Shown: positions 30,354-44,800 of the stretch, piece by piece
Layout: every line of letters starts with the position of its first letter
Numbering within the stretch: the stretch's first letter is position 1
Assembly (NCBI GenBank): GCA_051362555.1
Contig: CM120642.1
Location: 1,736,001 to 1,800,000 of the forward strand
Reading direction: 5' to 3'
From: Lingula anatina
Lineage: Eukaryota; Animalia; Brachiopoda
DNA length: 64,000 nucleotides
Made by a program: the position numbers and the translations under genes
Notes under the pieces: generated by a model
Told to the model about the DNA's origin: nothing
Seen by the model: the letters and a program-made list of their open reading frames with translations, nothing else
The model's database searches: none

Positions 30354-33300
30354 CAACATATATGCAACACTGATAACACTACATAAGAAAAACAGATAGG
30401 CCTATTGTCATTATACTTACAGGAGTGGTCAATCTTACTAAAATGCAGGTTGAGTTGGAAAATCAGCATAATCTGGCCATTATTTTAGAAGTTATGCTGT
30501 TTTTTCACATTTCCTCAGATTCAATTCTTAATGATATTTCCTGCATCTTTACAACATTGTTAGTTGATTATGTAAAAATGATGGTAAACTTGATATCGTG
30601 TATTGTGTAATAAAGTGTCAAAAATGGAAATAAACTCATATCATATCATATTGCAGTTTGTTAGATTCAATCATCAACTATGTTCAGAATCTCAGAATGG
30701 AGGAAATTGGACATTTAACACTGTTCTATATATATTTTTCCCATCTCATCAATTTTCTTAGTTGGTCATATAAAAATGGAAGTATACTGTTTATTTTGTT
30801 TTGTTTAAAAAGTGTTAAAATGGAAATAAAACCATTTCAGAACAGTGCTGTCTTTTTTACAGTTTGGCATTTTTAAGATGTGACTTTGAAGTTCCATGAG
30901 CCTGCAGATCTTTGCTAGTCACATTTTCTGAATATCCATGATACTAATATTTTATGATTAAAAATTGATGGTCATTATGCTGTTAAACATTATGTAATAT
31001 TGCATCAAGATTCGAAGAAACCCATATTTTGGGCACTGCTCCCATGATGACCATTTAAAGAAAATCATGTCACTTACTGTTATCAAATTTACAGGAAAGA
31101 AATGTTGGTCTAAAATACAGCTTCAGTAGGCAATGCAGTCTGTTTGGTAATTTTTTCTGGCAGTTAAACAGTTTTTTGTGAAAATTTAATTTTTCACTTA
31201 TTGGCATTTTCAAGGTGTGACTTTGAAGTTCCATGATTCTGAAGACCTTTGCTTGTCATGTTTTCTGAAAGTCCATGTTACTAATATTCTATTAAATAAA
31301 AATTGATGGTCATATATGCTGTTAAGCATTATGTAATGTTGCTTCAAAATAGAAGAAAACACAATTTTTGGTGCTGCTGCCATGATGACCATGATGGGAA
31401 AACCGTTTTACTTATGACTGTCCAACCTTAAAAAAAGAAACACTGTACTAAAATGCAGCCTGAGTTGGAAAAGCAGTCTAATTGGCGTCTTTTTCTGGAA
31501 GTTATACATTTGAGTGAAATATTCACTTACTTTTTGGCATATTCATTGTGGGACTCGGAGCTCCCATGGACATGAAGCCGAATGGTAATCAAATTTTCTA
31601 CATGTCCATGCTATTTGTAATCAATAATCAAAAATTGGTGATAATTATTCTATAATTTATTATGCAATGTTACATCAAAATTTACAATAATCTTTTTGCA
31701 CTGCTACTGCAAACATTATGAAAAGAAAACTGTTACTTATTATTATTTTTAACTTATGAGAATGATTTTTAGGATTGGCATGCAGTTAAAATTAGAAAGC
31801 TAGGTCAATTGGGTTATCGTTTATTATTGAATTTATGCAATTTTGTGTGAAATTTTCATTTTTTTATTCTGGCACTTTCTAAGTATAAACTTGAACTCTG
31901 ATGGGCCTGAAGCCTTATGCTTTTACTTTGGTCGGTGTTACCTGCTGTGCATAATTAAAATATGATGTTGACTTTGCAGTTTAACATAATGTATCATTTC
32001 ATCAGAATTGGTAGTCTCCTATTTTGTGCATTATTGTTTTGTGCTTTTCTTAAGATGTGACTTATGGGCCTGAAGGGTCTTTGAGAGGGTCAGTCTGTAA
32101 ATTTCCCTTGGGTATCACTTAGCTTAGCTCTGAGTTATAAAGTAATTTGCCTAATTGATTATTAATAGGCCATTAAATGAGATTACATAAAGCACACTTA
32201 TTGATATCTCCCTGTAAACTCCCAAAGGTTAAGCTCTCTGCTAGATTAATAATAAGGAAGCAGTGATAATTATGGAGGTAAATTATGCAGGTAATTTATA
32301 TATATATATATATAATCAACAATTGCTGCCTGGGCAGAGGTCTGCACTCTCGGAGTGCTTTTCTAGTTTTGTTTATTTTCCTTAATAACTTTTTTCTCAA
32401 ACACTTGCATTTGTGATATTTAACTGCCTGAAGCTCTGCACATTTTCTGTATTTCCACATAAGCAGTTGTATGTTATTTATGTTTTCAAACATTATGTAA
32501 TATTATTTTATGCACTGTCATCATTTTTCAAATATTGAGACTTTCATCATGTGACTTTGGTCTCTCATGGTCCTGATACTGTAATCTTATTGAAGGGATG
32601 GATTGAGACCATCTTCTGGGTCAGCTTCCGGAAGACGTTCGGATTTTTAAGTTTATATTGACTGATTTTTTTTTTTTTTTCTGTTGGAAGATCATCAAAA
32701 TAGAGGATGGATCAACAAAGATACTTTGGAATACTGTCAGAAAATATCTCTGGGTCAGCTCCTGTTATTGACCATGTTACCTGTTGTGCATGATTAAAAT
32801 TCAGTGTTGACTAACAGTGCTATTATAAGCATTATTTATTATTGCATCAAAATTGGCAAAATGACCTATTTTGCATCATTATTTTCTGTTTTTTGTCTGT
32901 ACATTTGACAGCTTTGCTGCCTTGTTTCACTTATCGTGTTATCAGGGTTGCATATATGCTGAAAAAAGTGAAAAAAACAGCATAACTTCCATAAAAATGT
33001 TCCTATCATGCTGATTTTTTAACTTGAACTGCGTATTATGAATATTTATCAGTTCTGTAAGTTTCAAGCCAAAAGGTAAAACATTTTTTCAAATATCATG
33101 TTATCGGTGTTGCATAAATGCTGAAAAAAAGTGAAAAAACAGAAAAACTTCCATATAAATGGCCCAATCATGCTGATTTTTGAACTTGACCTGTGTATTA
33201 TGAATATTCACCAGTTTTGTAAGTTTCAAGCCAAAAGGTAAAACGGTTTTCCACTTATCGTGTTATCGGTGCTACATAAATGCTGAAAAAAAGTGAAAAA

Positions 33301-33628
33301 AACAGCATAACTTCCCTAAAAACAGCCTGATCATGCTGATTTTCGAACTTGCCCTGCGTATTATGAATATTCATCAGTTCTGTAAGATTCAAGCCAAAAG
33401 AAAAATTGTTTTCCCACCTATCGTGTTATCGGTAAAAGTGCACGGCGACGGCGATGACGGTGACGACAGACGCAAATGATGGCTATCTGTACAGACACAT
33501 CTGTGTCTGTACATAAAAAGAACAAACACAGTGCTGTGAATGCAATAATAGATATAGGATAAGAGAGGAAATATCGCCTCCAGGCATTGTACCACCACCT
33601 GGAGTAAGTGCATTCGTAAGGAAAACAA

Positions 33629-33986
33629 AACAAGGCAGCAAAGCTGTCAAATGTACAGACAAAAAGCAGGAAATATCTCCGTATGCACAAAATAGGCTAC
33701 TGTCAATTCTGATGCAAAAGTACATTATGTTAAACTGCAAATTCAACATCAAATTTTAATTATGCTCAACATGTAATACCAATGTAAGTAAAATGTGTAA
33801 CAAGCATATAAGGCTTCAGGCCCATGGGAGTTCAAGTGCACACTTTGAAAATGTATAACTTCCAGAAAAAGAAGCCAATTAGACTGCTTTTCCAACTCAG
33901 GCTGCATTTTACGACGGCGACGAGGGCGACGACAGTCGCAGGTGATGGCAATATGTACAGACACATCTGTGTCTGTACATAAAAAA
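33629..33986 (+). mobile_element. Short, internally deleted HINE copy
   Basis: Same 5' terminus (aacaaggcagcaaagctgtcaaatgtacagac) and 3' hairpin (gtacagacacatctgtgtctgtacataaaaaa), with no satellite. Confidence 0.72.
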
Positions 33987-34753
33987 GGGACACCACCTCC
34001 AGTGTTGTGCTTGACAAGCTCTATAAAATGCAGTGAACAAGAGTTTTCCATTTTTTTTGTTGTTGAAAATTACAATTTATAACAAAATCATGAGAAAAAG
34101 TAAAAGGTCAAATCCAATTTTGTTTAGTGCAGTTCCTGGCACAGGGTACGTAGGTCAAAGGGCACTTTCAAGGTCAGAGTTAGGTTGCCAATATATGACT
34201 TCCTAAAGTCAAGTTCAATGATAACTATGGCCCTATCTCTGCCAGTTTTGGAGATATAAGGGACTAAAAAATTGCTTCAGTTCATGGTGAAAATTGGGTC
34301 ATAGCTTCATTTCAAGGTCACAGTTAAAATACCAGTATATGACTTCCTAATCATGTTCAATAATAATTACGGGTGTATCTTTGCTAATTTTGGAGATATT
34401 TTGCATTTTATTTTTACCACTGAATATTGCGACTCTTGTAAAACATATTGAAAACAATAATGGGCACTGCCTGCAGTATTGCGCTTGACAAGCTCTATAA
34501 AATGCATAAAACAAGAGGTCTCTAGCATTATCGGTTCCAGAATTAGAGAGAGTTTTCAGTTTTGGCATCTAATGGGTGCTTCTGTAAAAATATACTGATT
34601 TACCCCAAACTCACACAGATGAAAGATGACCCCAAGGGTAACACCTACTCATAATATTGTAGGTTAGGTCTGTGTGGATTATTTTGCAAAAAAAAAAAAA
34701 AAAAAATCCTATTTTTAGGAAATTTTGGCCCTCTTGACCAGAGTTCATATCCA

Positions 34754-34787
<34 letters not shown>

Positions 34788-37142
34788 GTGACAGCTATTG
34801 TTATAATTCTTTTGATTCCCTTTTAGATGGGGTGAGAAAATTCCACCACTCCACACTTAATTTCTAAAATACTGATATATCTCTAATAATTCATTTGCAG
34901 TTGGAAGAAAAAATTAATCAAGCATTTTTTTTTCAGCTTTTGATATTTAAATGAATCATAAATAAATATGTAAATTTTCTATTCATGATTTTGACATCTT
35001 CTACCAGTGATGTTTGATGGTAAACAACAGAAAAAAGTGGATTAACTTCAATTGATATTGAAACTTTGCTCATGTTTTATATACAGTTACTAAATTGATA
35101 TCATTTCTTTAATTTTGATAATAAAAATTCTTTGGAACTTAAATTTGAATAGATCATACAGCATGAAATATTGTCTCCTGTAAGCCATATTCGTAATTTT
35201 AATTTTCTATTAAAATGATTATGTTAAAATAAGCTGGAGGAGATGACATATTTGTGAATAAAAATTCTAATATTTAAGTTATTCAAATGCTGTCTCCACG
35301 TCATATAATTGTATTTATAAAGTTCATATTATGTAACAACCATAATGCCTCAGGTAAAAACTATCTTTTCAAAGAAAAATCTGAATCATGGATTCTATTT
35401 CAGTATGAATAAATTATTTTGAAAACTAAAATCATATTTTGTTATCTGTTTTCCTAGATTTTACTTACCTCCCTATTCTGGCTGTATCAGTAACAGTGAC
35501 TTCTGGCATTCATATCTCTGGGATTTGCATCAATGACAGCATGTTGTGCCTGTCATTAAAGTTCAGATTATTCTTGTCAAAAATGTTTTCATGTGGAATT
35601 GAAGAATCACAATGTTTCTCTTTTTCTTTTCGTCATCATGATATTGCCTTGTCCTGCTACATTTTGATTGCATCCATCTCCTGCTGTATTTAGGTGAAGG
35701 GATTTATTTTTTGTTCCTTCAACCGTCATTAAAGTTCAGATTGGTCTTGTAAAAAATACTCATCACATCAAGTGGAATTGAAGAATTCTTCTCTCTGTTG
35801 AATGTAGGTGAAGAGATATATTTATTGTTCGTTCAATGAGCAGATCCCTGTTATCAATGTCCACCCACTGATCAGCAGTCTTAGACTTCCTACATGAAAT
35901 GATTAGATGAAACAACTACAAGAGAGAAATAGCTGCTACAAGTAACAATGTCCAAATGGTCTACATACAGATCTGCACAGTCCCACAAGTCTTATATAGA
36001 ATCATGAGACAAGAGTTAAATAGCTGTTACATGTATCAATGTCCAAGTGGCCTACGTGCAAGACAGCAGGCCCAGATTTCCAATAGTAAGTCATGGGATA
36101 AAGTAAACCATTACCTTGTGACATCCACACCACCATGTTACTGGTATTACGTACAACGTTACTAAAACAGAAGGGAAAAAAATCTATTCTCTCATTCTCT
36201 TTTTATTTGTATAGTGGCAGTTTTTATTATTGGGGGTGGGGTGAATGATATCAAAACTAAGCCATGAAGTCAATTTATAACAGCAATGAATGCATATAGA
36301 GGAGTGGTGTAGTGGTGGGTTAAATGAAGAGCCTGCAAGGTCAAGGACATCTTGTTTTGCAGTTTTTATCAGCTGCTGTAAATATGATCTAGCTCAGCTG
36401 ACTTGACTGTGAAGTGATAAGTGGTTCTATGGGGTTGACAATTAGGGACACCATTAATGCTTACATGAACAGTGCTCCCTTTCCTGAGATTGATAAATTT
36501 AAAGAAATTCAAATTTTGTTTTGGAAAACATTCTACTGCATCTAAGCTGATTGCAGACTACAGCAACGAAATGTACTTTGTTGGCCATGTTACATTTTAG
36601 AGAAATAATTTTCATCAACACCATTTTTTTGGGGCGGGGGGGGGGGGGGGGAGTAACATTTTATTTTAATATCTGAATAAAAATTTTAGCTGTTTTTTAA
36701 CATTTCGACATCTAAATAAATTTTTAACTGACTTTTTAACATTTCAATATTTGAAAAAAAAAAAATTTTTAATGGTCCATTGGTCTAGCAGATCTATCTT
36801 TAGCAGATCTATCTTGCTCCTCTATCATTTCCTCATATTCAATATTTGTTCAAACAATTTCTCATTTGTACTTTTTTGCATGAGTTTCAATACTTAAAGA
36901 CAATTTTCAACATTGCTTTAGGTTTTTTCTAGTGTAACATTATATTTCAATATCTGAATAACATTTACTGACTTTTTAATATTGTACTGATTTTTCAACA
37001 TTTTATTTCAATACTTGAACAAACAATTTTCAGTGCTGCATTGGTCAAGCAAATATCTTTTTCTTAACACAAATGGAACATTTGCTTGCCAGTGACTACC
37101 CCACTTAATTCCAAGCAATGTTCAAACTTTTCACCTCTTCCC

Positions 37143-37390
37143 TGTCTTAAAGACTGGAGAATGTGGCTCTTTAAAAAAATTCAATATTTTCATTGTCTAT
37201 ATTCACATACAGATGCTTTCTGTCTCAAAGACTGGAGAATGTGGCTCTTTAAAAAGTCAACATTTCCATTGTCTACATTCATATGCAGATGCTTTCTGTC
37301 TTAAAGACTGGAGAATGTGGCTCTTTAAAAAAGTCAATATTTTCATTGTCTACATTCACATACAGATGCTTTCTGTCTCAAAGACTGGGA
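37143..37390. repeat. About 77-bp minisatellite, about 3.3 copies
   Basis: tgtctYaaagactgg starts at about 37143, 37221, 37297 and 37374. Confidence 0.85.
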
Positions 37391-37415
37391 CATGGAGCTC
37401 TGAGTGCATATGGTC

Positions 37416-40400
37416 TCAATCATGAAGGTTTCTCCTCTCCTCTCTGAAGATAGGATCATGCAGCTCCTTACACAGAGGTCCTAGTTTCCTCTCCCTGAAG
37501 GTGTGGTGTCCGTGGAGGTAGACCAGGTACACCAGGAACAAGATCCCCAGCAGTACAGTGCCGCCACCTAGGTTTATCATGTACATCACAGGGTACGGGA
37601 TAGGTGACCCAATCACATACACCTAGAAATAAAACAATAAGATTACAGACATATTGTGTGGTGTTAACTTTAGCTGTGTTAAAGTTGCATATTGTAGATC
37701 TCACCTTTAAGACTTGTACAAGAGTTATCTGAATATTTTCTAGTCTTAGTGTGGTGTAAATTTTTGCTGTGTTTAAGTTACATATCATTGGTCTCACCTT
37801 AAAAGACTTGGACAAGCTCCATTTTCTTTGTTTTACTTCTTCAAGTGTACAAAAAAGTGCAAATTTAAAGCCAAAGTTATTTAAAAGACATGCAGTGATG
37901 GGAGTTATATGAATATTTTCTAGTCTTAGTCTGCTGTGAATGAGGCCTTAGGGACAATGTGAAGCCTTACCTGCAATTCAGCCTCCAGGTCACAAAAAGA
38001 CATCCCATGTATCAAAGAGGGACAATGTGAAGCCTTACCTGCAATTCAGCCTCCAGGTCACAAAAAGACATCCCATGTATCAAAGAGGGACAATGTTTAG
38101 TCTTACCTGCAATTCAGCCTCCAGGTCACAAAAAGACATCCCATGTATCAAAGAGGGACAATGTGAAGCCTTACCTGCAATTCAGCCTCCAGGTCACAAA
38201 AAGACATCCCATGTATCAAAGAGGGACAATGTTTAGTCTTACCTGCAATTCAGCCTCCAGGTCACAAAAAGACATCCCATGTATCAAAGAGACTCGCATG
38301 TGATATAAACCAGTGCCCTGAAACAAATTTATTGACAAATATTGTACTCCTCTCTCCAGATTTAACTTTGAATACAATTATATCAGAGAGATCTTCAAAG
38401 TTAAATATCATTATGAAAACTTATTTGTTTGTTATTAAAACTGTCTCTTCTTAAATGTAACACTATCACTGAGATCTAGAAAACATATTTTAAAAAAATC
38501 AAAAAACTTGACTGAAGCAGTCCTTAATTCTTTTTTTTCATCAGAAATGTAGAAGTGCAAGAAGAGGTCCATTCCATTTATTTAGAACATGGTCTTGATT
38601 CTCTTTATTATTGTTAACCTGGGAATACTTACAGTAAGAATGAGCTCAGTTCCCTCGGCAGCATACCATATGGTGGAGTTCTTGATCTTATCGTAATGTC
38701 TGATGTGGGTCAACATAGGAGTCATTGTAGCTAACAGAACAAGACTGGCAATATTATGTATGGTGCTTTGTATTGTCATTTGAAAAAGAAAATTGTTGAC
38801 AAACACAAATAAACTAAAAAGGTCTCATCACCAAAAGAAGGACCCCAAGTGGATTAAGTTTATTGCATATATGTAAAAAAATCATATCAACTCTGTTATG
38901 GCATGAAAATAAATAAATGCAAACAAACAAGTGAAATGATCACTCAATACATTTATCTCTTTTTTACATCTCAAACTGGATGAAATAAGTAATCAACTGA
39001 GAACTCATATCATCTCTAATTTGGGCCATAACAATTCACTGCCGACCACTTACTAGAGACAGAGTAGTCCACCCTGTCATTGAGTTCATATACCCTGTAG
39101 ATGTAAGGTTCCCGGAGAAGACGTTCTGGCTTTCCTTCCTGTTCAATGCTAAAGTTCAGGTCTAGATGGGCTGGGTGATGTAAGCTATAGACCTGGAATA
39201 AAAAGATGGGTATACATTCAATATCTATAGCACTGACAACCTAAATAAACATTTATGTTCTAAGTGGAAAATTTTGTGAAGTTTGGAATTGGTTGGTGAA
39301 GACAAAATTTTGAGAATTGAATGTTTGGTGAGAATACAATATTGTGCTGTATAGAATATGTTAGGTGAGAATACAACATTGTGTTGTATAGAATGTGTTA
39401 GGTGAGAATACAACATTGTGTTGTATAGAATGTGTTAGGTGAGAATACAACATTGTGTTGTATAGAATGTGTTAGGTGAGAATACAACATTGTGCTGTAT
39501 AGAATGTGTTAGGTGAGAATACAACATTGTGCTGTATAGAATGTATTAGGAATATGTTAGGTGAGAATACAACATTGTGCTGTATAGAATGTCTTAGGTG
39601 AGAATACAATATTGTGCTGTATAGAATGTCTTAGGTGAGAATACAACATTGTGCTGTATAGAATCTGTTAGGTGAGAATACAACATTGTGCTGTATAGAA
39701 TGTGTTAGGTGAGAATACAACATTGTGCTGTACAGAATGTGTAAGATAACAATACAGCAAATCCATGAGCTCACCCTTTCCTTGCAGTCAGAAAACTTGA
39801 CCAGGTTAGACAACTTCATGGCCCTGGTGCAGCCACACTCATCTCTGGTTGTCTTTCCTGCACACTGCTTGTATTTCCCAGACTGCTTTGATATTTGATA
39901 TGTATTCTTTTCCCTAGGTTTGCTGGGGTCGGCATGGTACATGTTAGCTGTCAGGGGGATGGCTATACCGAGCTGGGATGGAGGGCGGTAGTTTGGCTGA
40001 AAAAAATGTCCATACAATCTATGATAACTTGACATTTTAATCCTGAAATGTGTTTTCAATTATAATTTCTGAACATTTAGAATATTTCTTTTCAAGAACA
40101 CAATATATTTCTGTTAAAGTCATATGCGAAAGGAAATCATAAAATTTGAAACGGTGTATATTTTGTTCATACATGATGTGCTGAAAACTTTATCATGCAA
40201 AGGGGTACTTGTGCCAAGAAATGTTTAGACTCCAGATAAACACCTTGAAGAAAATACCAAGTAAAATCTAAAATTAGCCTACCGGTAGGTCAGAAAGCAG
40301 TTTTATCCCCTTGGCATCTTGTGGGTCCCCTGTTAAGTAATCCTCATCAGTGATTAATGTAGGGTAGTGAAAAACCAAGAACTTGTTGCCAGGACAACAC

Positions 40401-41792
40401 GCCTGTGCAGTGACAGTGTATGATGTCTTCTCACACAGCAGCGAGGCAGTAGGTATGTAGAACGTCAGGGTAGTCACACCCTATATAGTAATTGGGAAAT
40501 GTGTTATAAATAAGTACTGAATAATTTATAATTAAGTATTTATATAATAAATGCTATCATAAGATATTTCAAATATCATGCCAAACATTCTCAAACATAT
40601 TATATATTAAATTACTGCAACAACATAAATTTCTAAATTTCATTACTGTCAGTACATGTCACTCCCTGACACTTTTAAGTTTCTCTTTTATTTCTCATTT
40701 ATTTTTTAACTTTTCCAAACCTTTCTAAATTCCTCGTTTTCTAACAGGACAGAGAGTCCAGATCCTTTGACCAAGGACTGCGTATGTGTGGCAAAAAGTA
40801 TGGCATTAGAACTGGTCACTTCCAGCAGTGACCCATACTGCTCCTCTTGACCAACTGACATATAGGAGTAAATACACCATATGTGAATTCATTATTGTAA
40901 CAAAATTTTATTACTTTTTATCAATATTCTAAAGTATTACCATGAAAAGATACAGAAAAAATGTCATCTTGCACAAAAAATCACATGAGAAAAATAAAGA
41001 AGTTGCAATATAAAATGAAAATTATGCTGAATGGAAACCATCATTACAATATACTATTCAACCAAATGAGTACACAATTTTTAAAAAAATAATACTTCAG
41101 TTGCTGACCAACCTGATGTTATAAACTCCACTTCAGCTTTGACAGTGAAGTTATCTCCCAAGTCCAGGGCTACCACAGATCTGCCGTTTAGCTTGGTATC
41201 TGTCATCAGAGCATGGCGACATCTGTCCTCTTTCACATACCAGGCAGACTGAGGATTAGTGAAGAAACAACAAGGTTAATACATGAATACATAAATAAAA
41301 AAAACTATGTTTCTGTGGCAGCAGGGGGTTCAACCTTTAAATACTCATCATGTCAATACCATCTCCAGTTTCCTTAATAATCATTGACATCCCACCTCAT
41401 GCAAACCTTCATCTTCTACATGTAAGTCCCAGTCCTCCCAGAAAGACAGACATACAGTGCACACACACACACGCATACACACACACAAAGATGCACAAAC
41501 ACACTCACAAACACACACACGTACACAAGCACACACTCACCTCACTGCTGCTATTCCCCAGGTTCATCATATACCAGGCCCTAGTCAGCACCTGAACCTC
41601 CTCTCTCACAGCCAGGACAGGATGACCAGTGGCCACCGTGTCATTGACCACATCCAGTATCAGGACATTGGGGTGACCCACTACAATGGCCGTCTTTCCT
41701 ATGTCACTTGTTACCCAACCTGTGCTGTTTTCTGAGTGTCAAAAGAAAGGGAAATGCATTTACATGTGAGATGTCTGTGTGTGTGAAGTTCA

Positions 41793-41856
<64 letters not shown>

Positions 41857-44800
41857 TCATCAATGTGGAATGGTCACAATGCACAGTGCCTGAATTAAAT
41901 TTCCTAATCTACCCAGCTGAAATGGACAATAAAGACTCATCTAATCTCAACAACAGAAGATTATAGTATACTTGAATTTCAGTCCTCTTACATTAAGTTA
42001 CTTAATATATCTAAATTTGACCAGCCACAGAGGGAAGTGATTATTACCTTGGCCACCTGTCAGTGTCAGCATGACCTCAGAACCATTGGCATTCACTGGA
42101 ACAATTCCTGGAAAATTACACAAAAAGTTGCTTTATCTCAATAAGCTTATCAACAGACTTTTGGTACTGAAAATGTCAGATGTTTTATATATAACTTTAA
42201 AATAAGGGGTATACATGTATATTTTCTGAAATTATATGCAAATCAAAATGAAAAAATAAAAAACCTTTGTCTAGCTGTTTTAATTTCAGACACTAATGGA
42301 TCTTTCAGGGCATATGGAATGCTGTGACAAAATACAGGTGATAATTCATTCACCTGTTATAGCATCAGTACTTAAAAATAACAGGTAATTAGGACGAAAC
42401 ATCAAAAACAATTTGAAAATTAGGATATAAACCTAAGTTGAATGCTTGTGCTGGAGATTCCCCCATAGATTCATGGTGGAAGGGTTCCCTCACTCTCAAC
42501 AAAACTCTGCTAACAAAGCCAGACCATGGCTCAGCAGGATAGATCACATGATGGATTATACCACTGCCACCCTTCCTGAAGAAGAACATTTCAAAAATAA
42601 AGTTTGGTGAAAAATGCCCCCTCCCGTTTAAGTTATGGCAAGGCTGAAATAATGTGCTTATGGAGGTCACATGGTCCAATGGAAAGAACAGATTTCAGAA
42701 TACTGTCCTTTTGGTTGTAAAATAAAATACTTTCTCTATGAGTTGTTTACTATATATTTTTGTGAAATATGAATCTCGTAAAAAGAGTTGTTATGCTTTT
42801 TATAAGGATAATGACATTGTGCAATTTCATACTTGGTGGCACTGCTATACTTTCAATTTTAACGTAACAGCCATAAAACTCTTACTTCAGACTAAAAGCT
42901 TGGCCAACATTGGAATCAGAAAACCTGGGCACTGCTTGGGTGGGTATCTCTCCTTCTGCCACATGTTCAAAAATGACCACCTCACTGTCACTCAGATACT
43001 GGATGGCCAGTGGGCGGCTGAATGACCAATCTAGACTCTGAAACACACGCACAAATTATTTTATCAAAAAATGTCTTTTAAACAATCGCCAATTATATAA
43101 AAGACCTGTCACAACAAAATTCACAAAATTAAAAAGAAACAGACCATGCAAGAAATCATATATCCTGTTGGTGATTAAATATTTACTTAAAAGTTGTCTA
43201 AAATATTTCTGTTATGTTTGATGAACAGTTCAAATTGCTGTAATCCAGGTGGGCGTGGCTTTCTTGCCATATTTGGAAGTTGACCTAATTCTCCAGCCAA
43301 TCCAATCTCACCATCATTTTCTGCTGGACATCAATTTTCTGTCTGTGTAACTCCAATGTGCTGCTGTCCACCCACACTCTGTACATTGTTCCCACGTGAC
43401 TGGCCTGTATTGTTGTGATGTTGGACTGCTCACTTTGTGTTGCCTCGTGAACTACTGCAAGTCTGGATATCCCTGTGGTAACAAGATGATTTTTTGTTTT
43501 ACTTTGCTATCTTACAGCATTGTAGACACTTGTTGAAATAAGTTCTTCAGTTTGGTAAACTGACTGGATGGTAAATGGTTCTTTTTGTGACAAACTAACA
43601 ATTTAAGATTGTACTTATAAGAAGAGTTTCAATGTCACTCTGACGTCCCTCTTGAACAGCACTGAATGTGGCAGAAGAAGGCAGATTATGGGCAGATTAC
43701 ATTTCCTGTGTCAAAATTTCAATCTATTTGTCAGTATTCATCAGCAGATCTACTGACCAATTTTGCACAGGTGTTATTGCTAAATTTACAATGAAGATGT
43801 AAGTATCTTTCCGATTTGATAAAGTGACAATATACAATGGATTCATTACCATACACCATGCTAAAAATGAAAACGATTAAAACTTTTACACAGGGGAAGA
43901 TATGAAACATGGGGGCAGGCCCGGAATGCCCCCCCCCCCCCACCACCACCACCACCACCACCAACCTCCACTCACCAGTTTTCCCGTACAGGATGGTCCC
44001 AGTAGTGGTCTTCATCAGCAATGACCCAGTGTTATGACTGAACTGGACACTGTCCACTTGGCCGTGCTGACCACCCAGGGTTAACATATGTTGGAAGTGA
44101 GAGATCCCATTGTAAGACACCCACACCTATTACAAAGACACAATTTATATGAAAATAAATATTTGAGGATTTTCATTTTATGAAATTTGGCTATTAGCAC
44201 AATAAACATGTTTTTAACAGCATGTGGTGATAATATTACTAGTACCCAAAAAGCTGACTCAAAAAATTAAAATTCCTTGTTTCTTAATTTTTCTACCCTA
44301 GCTATTATTTCTAAACCTCACTTTTTCAGAGAATCAGATGAAAGTGGGTGTTTTTTTAAGAATCTGGAAAACTTAAGTGTGAGGCAATATATACCTTTTA
44401 CAAGAAAAAAAATCACCCTATAACAGACCTGATTTCCCAGAACGTAAAGGACACCTGTGATGGGGTCAAAGGTCAAACTTTTCACTTGGAAGGTTTCAGG
44501 AAAAGTGAAAGGTGGGAAGCAATGGCCAGCATCAAAAGCAAGGCTGCTATTCAGTACATATGTGGTGACTGTATAGCTACCCATTCTCTGAAAGCAATGA
44601 GTAAAAGTATTATATCAATATGAAAGTGAAAATACATGCAAAAGTGAAAGTGAAGCAAAAAAGTAAAAGTCAAGAGCCATTAAAAAGAGAGAGGAAAAGA
44701 GAAAATGGCTGATATAAAGCAACAGTGGAAATCATAAAAAAACAGGGAAAAGAAAAATGTAACTATTAATAAAAACCGAAAAAGTTGGATGAATGCCAAG

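Noticed and set aside
38760-38800. Apparent mutated acceptor (ttttcaa instead of cag) suggesting CATSPERB is a pseudogene
   Set aside because: A valid in-phase acceptor (ttctgttag|CT) lies just downstream near 38731.
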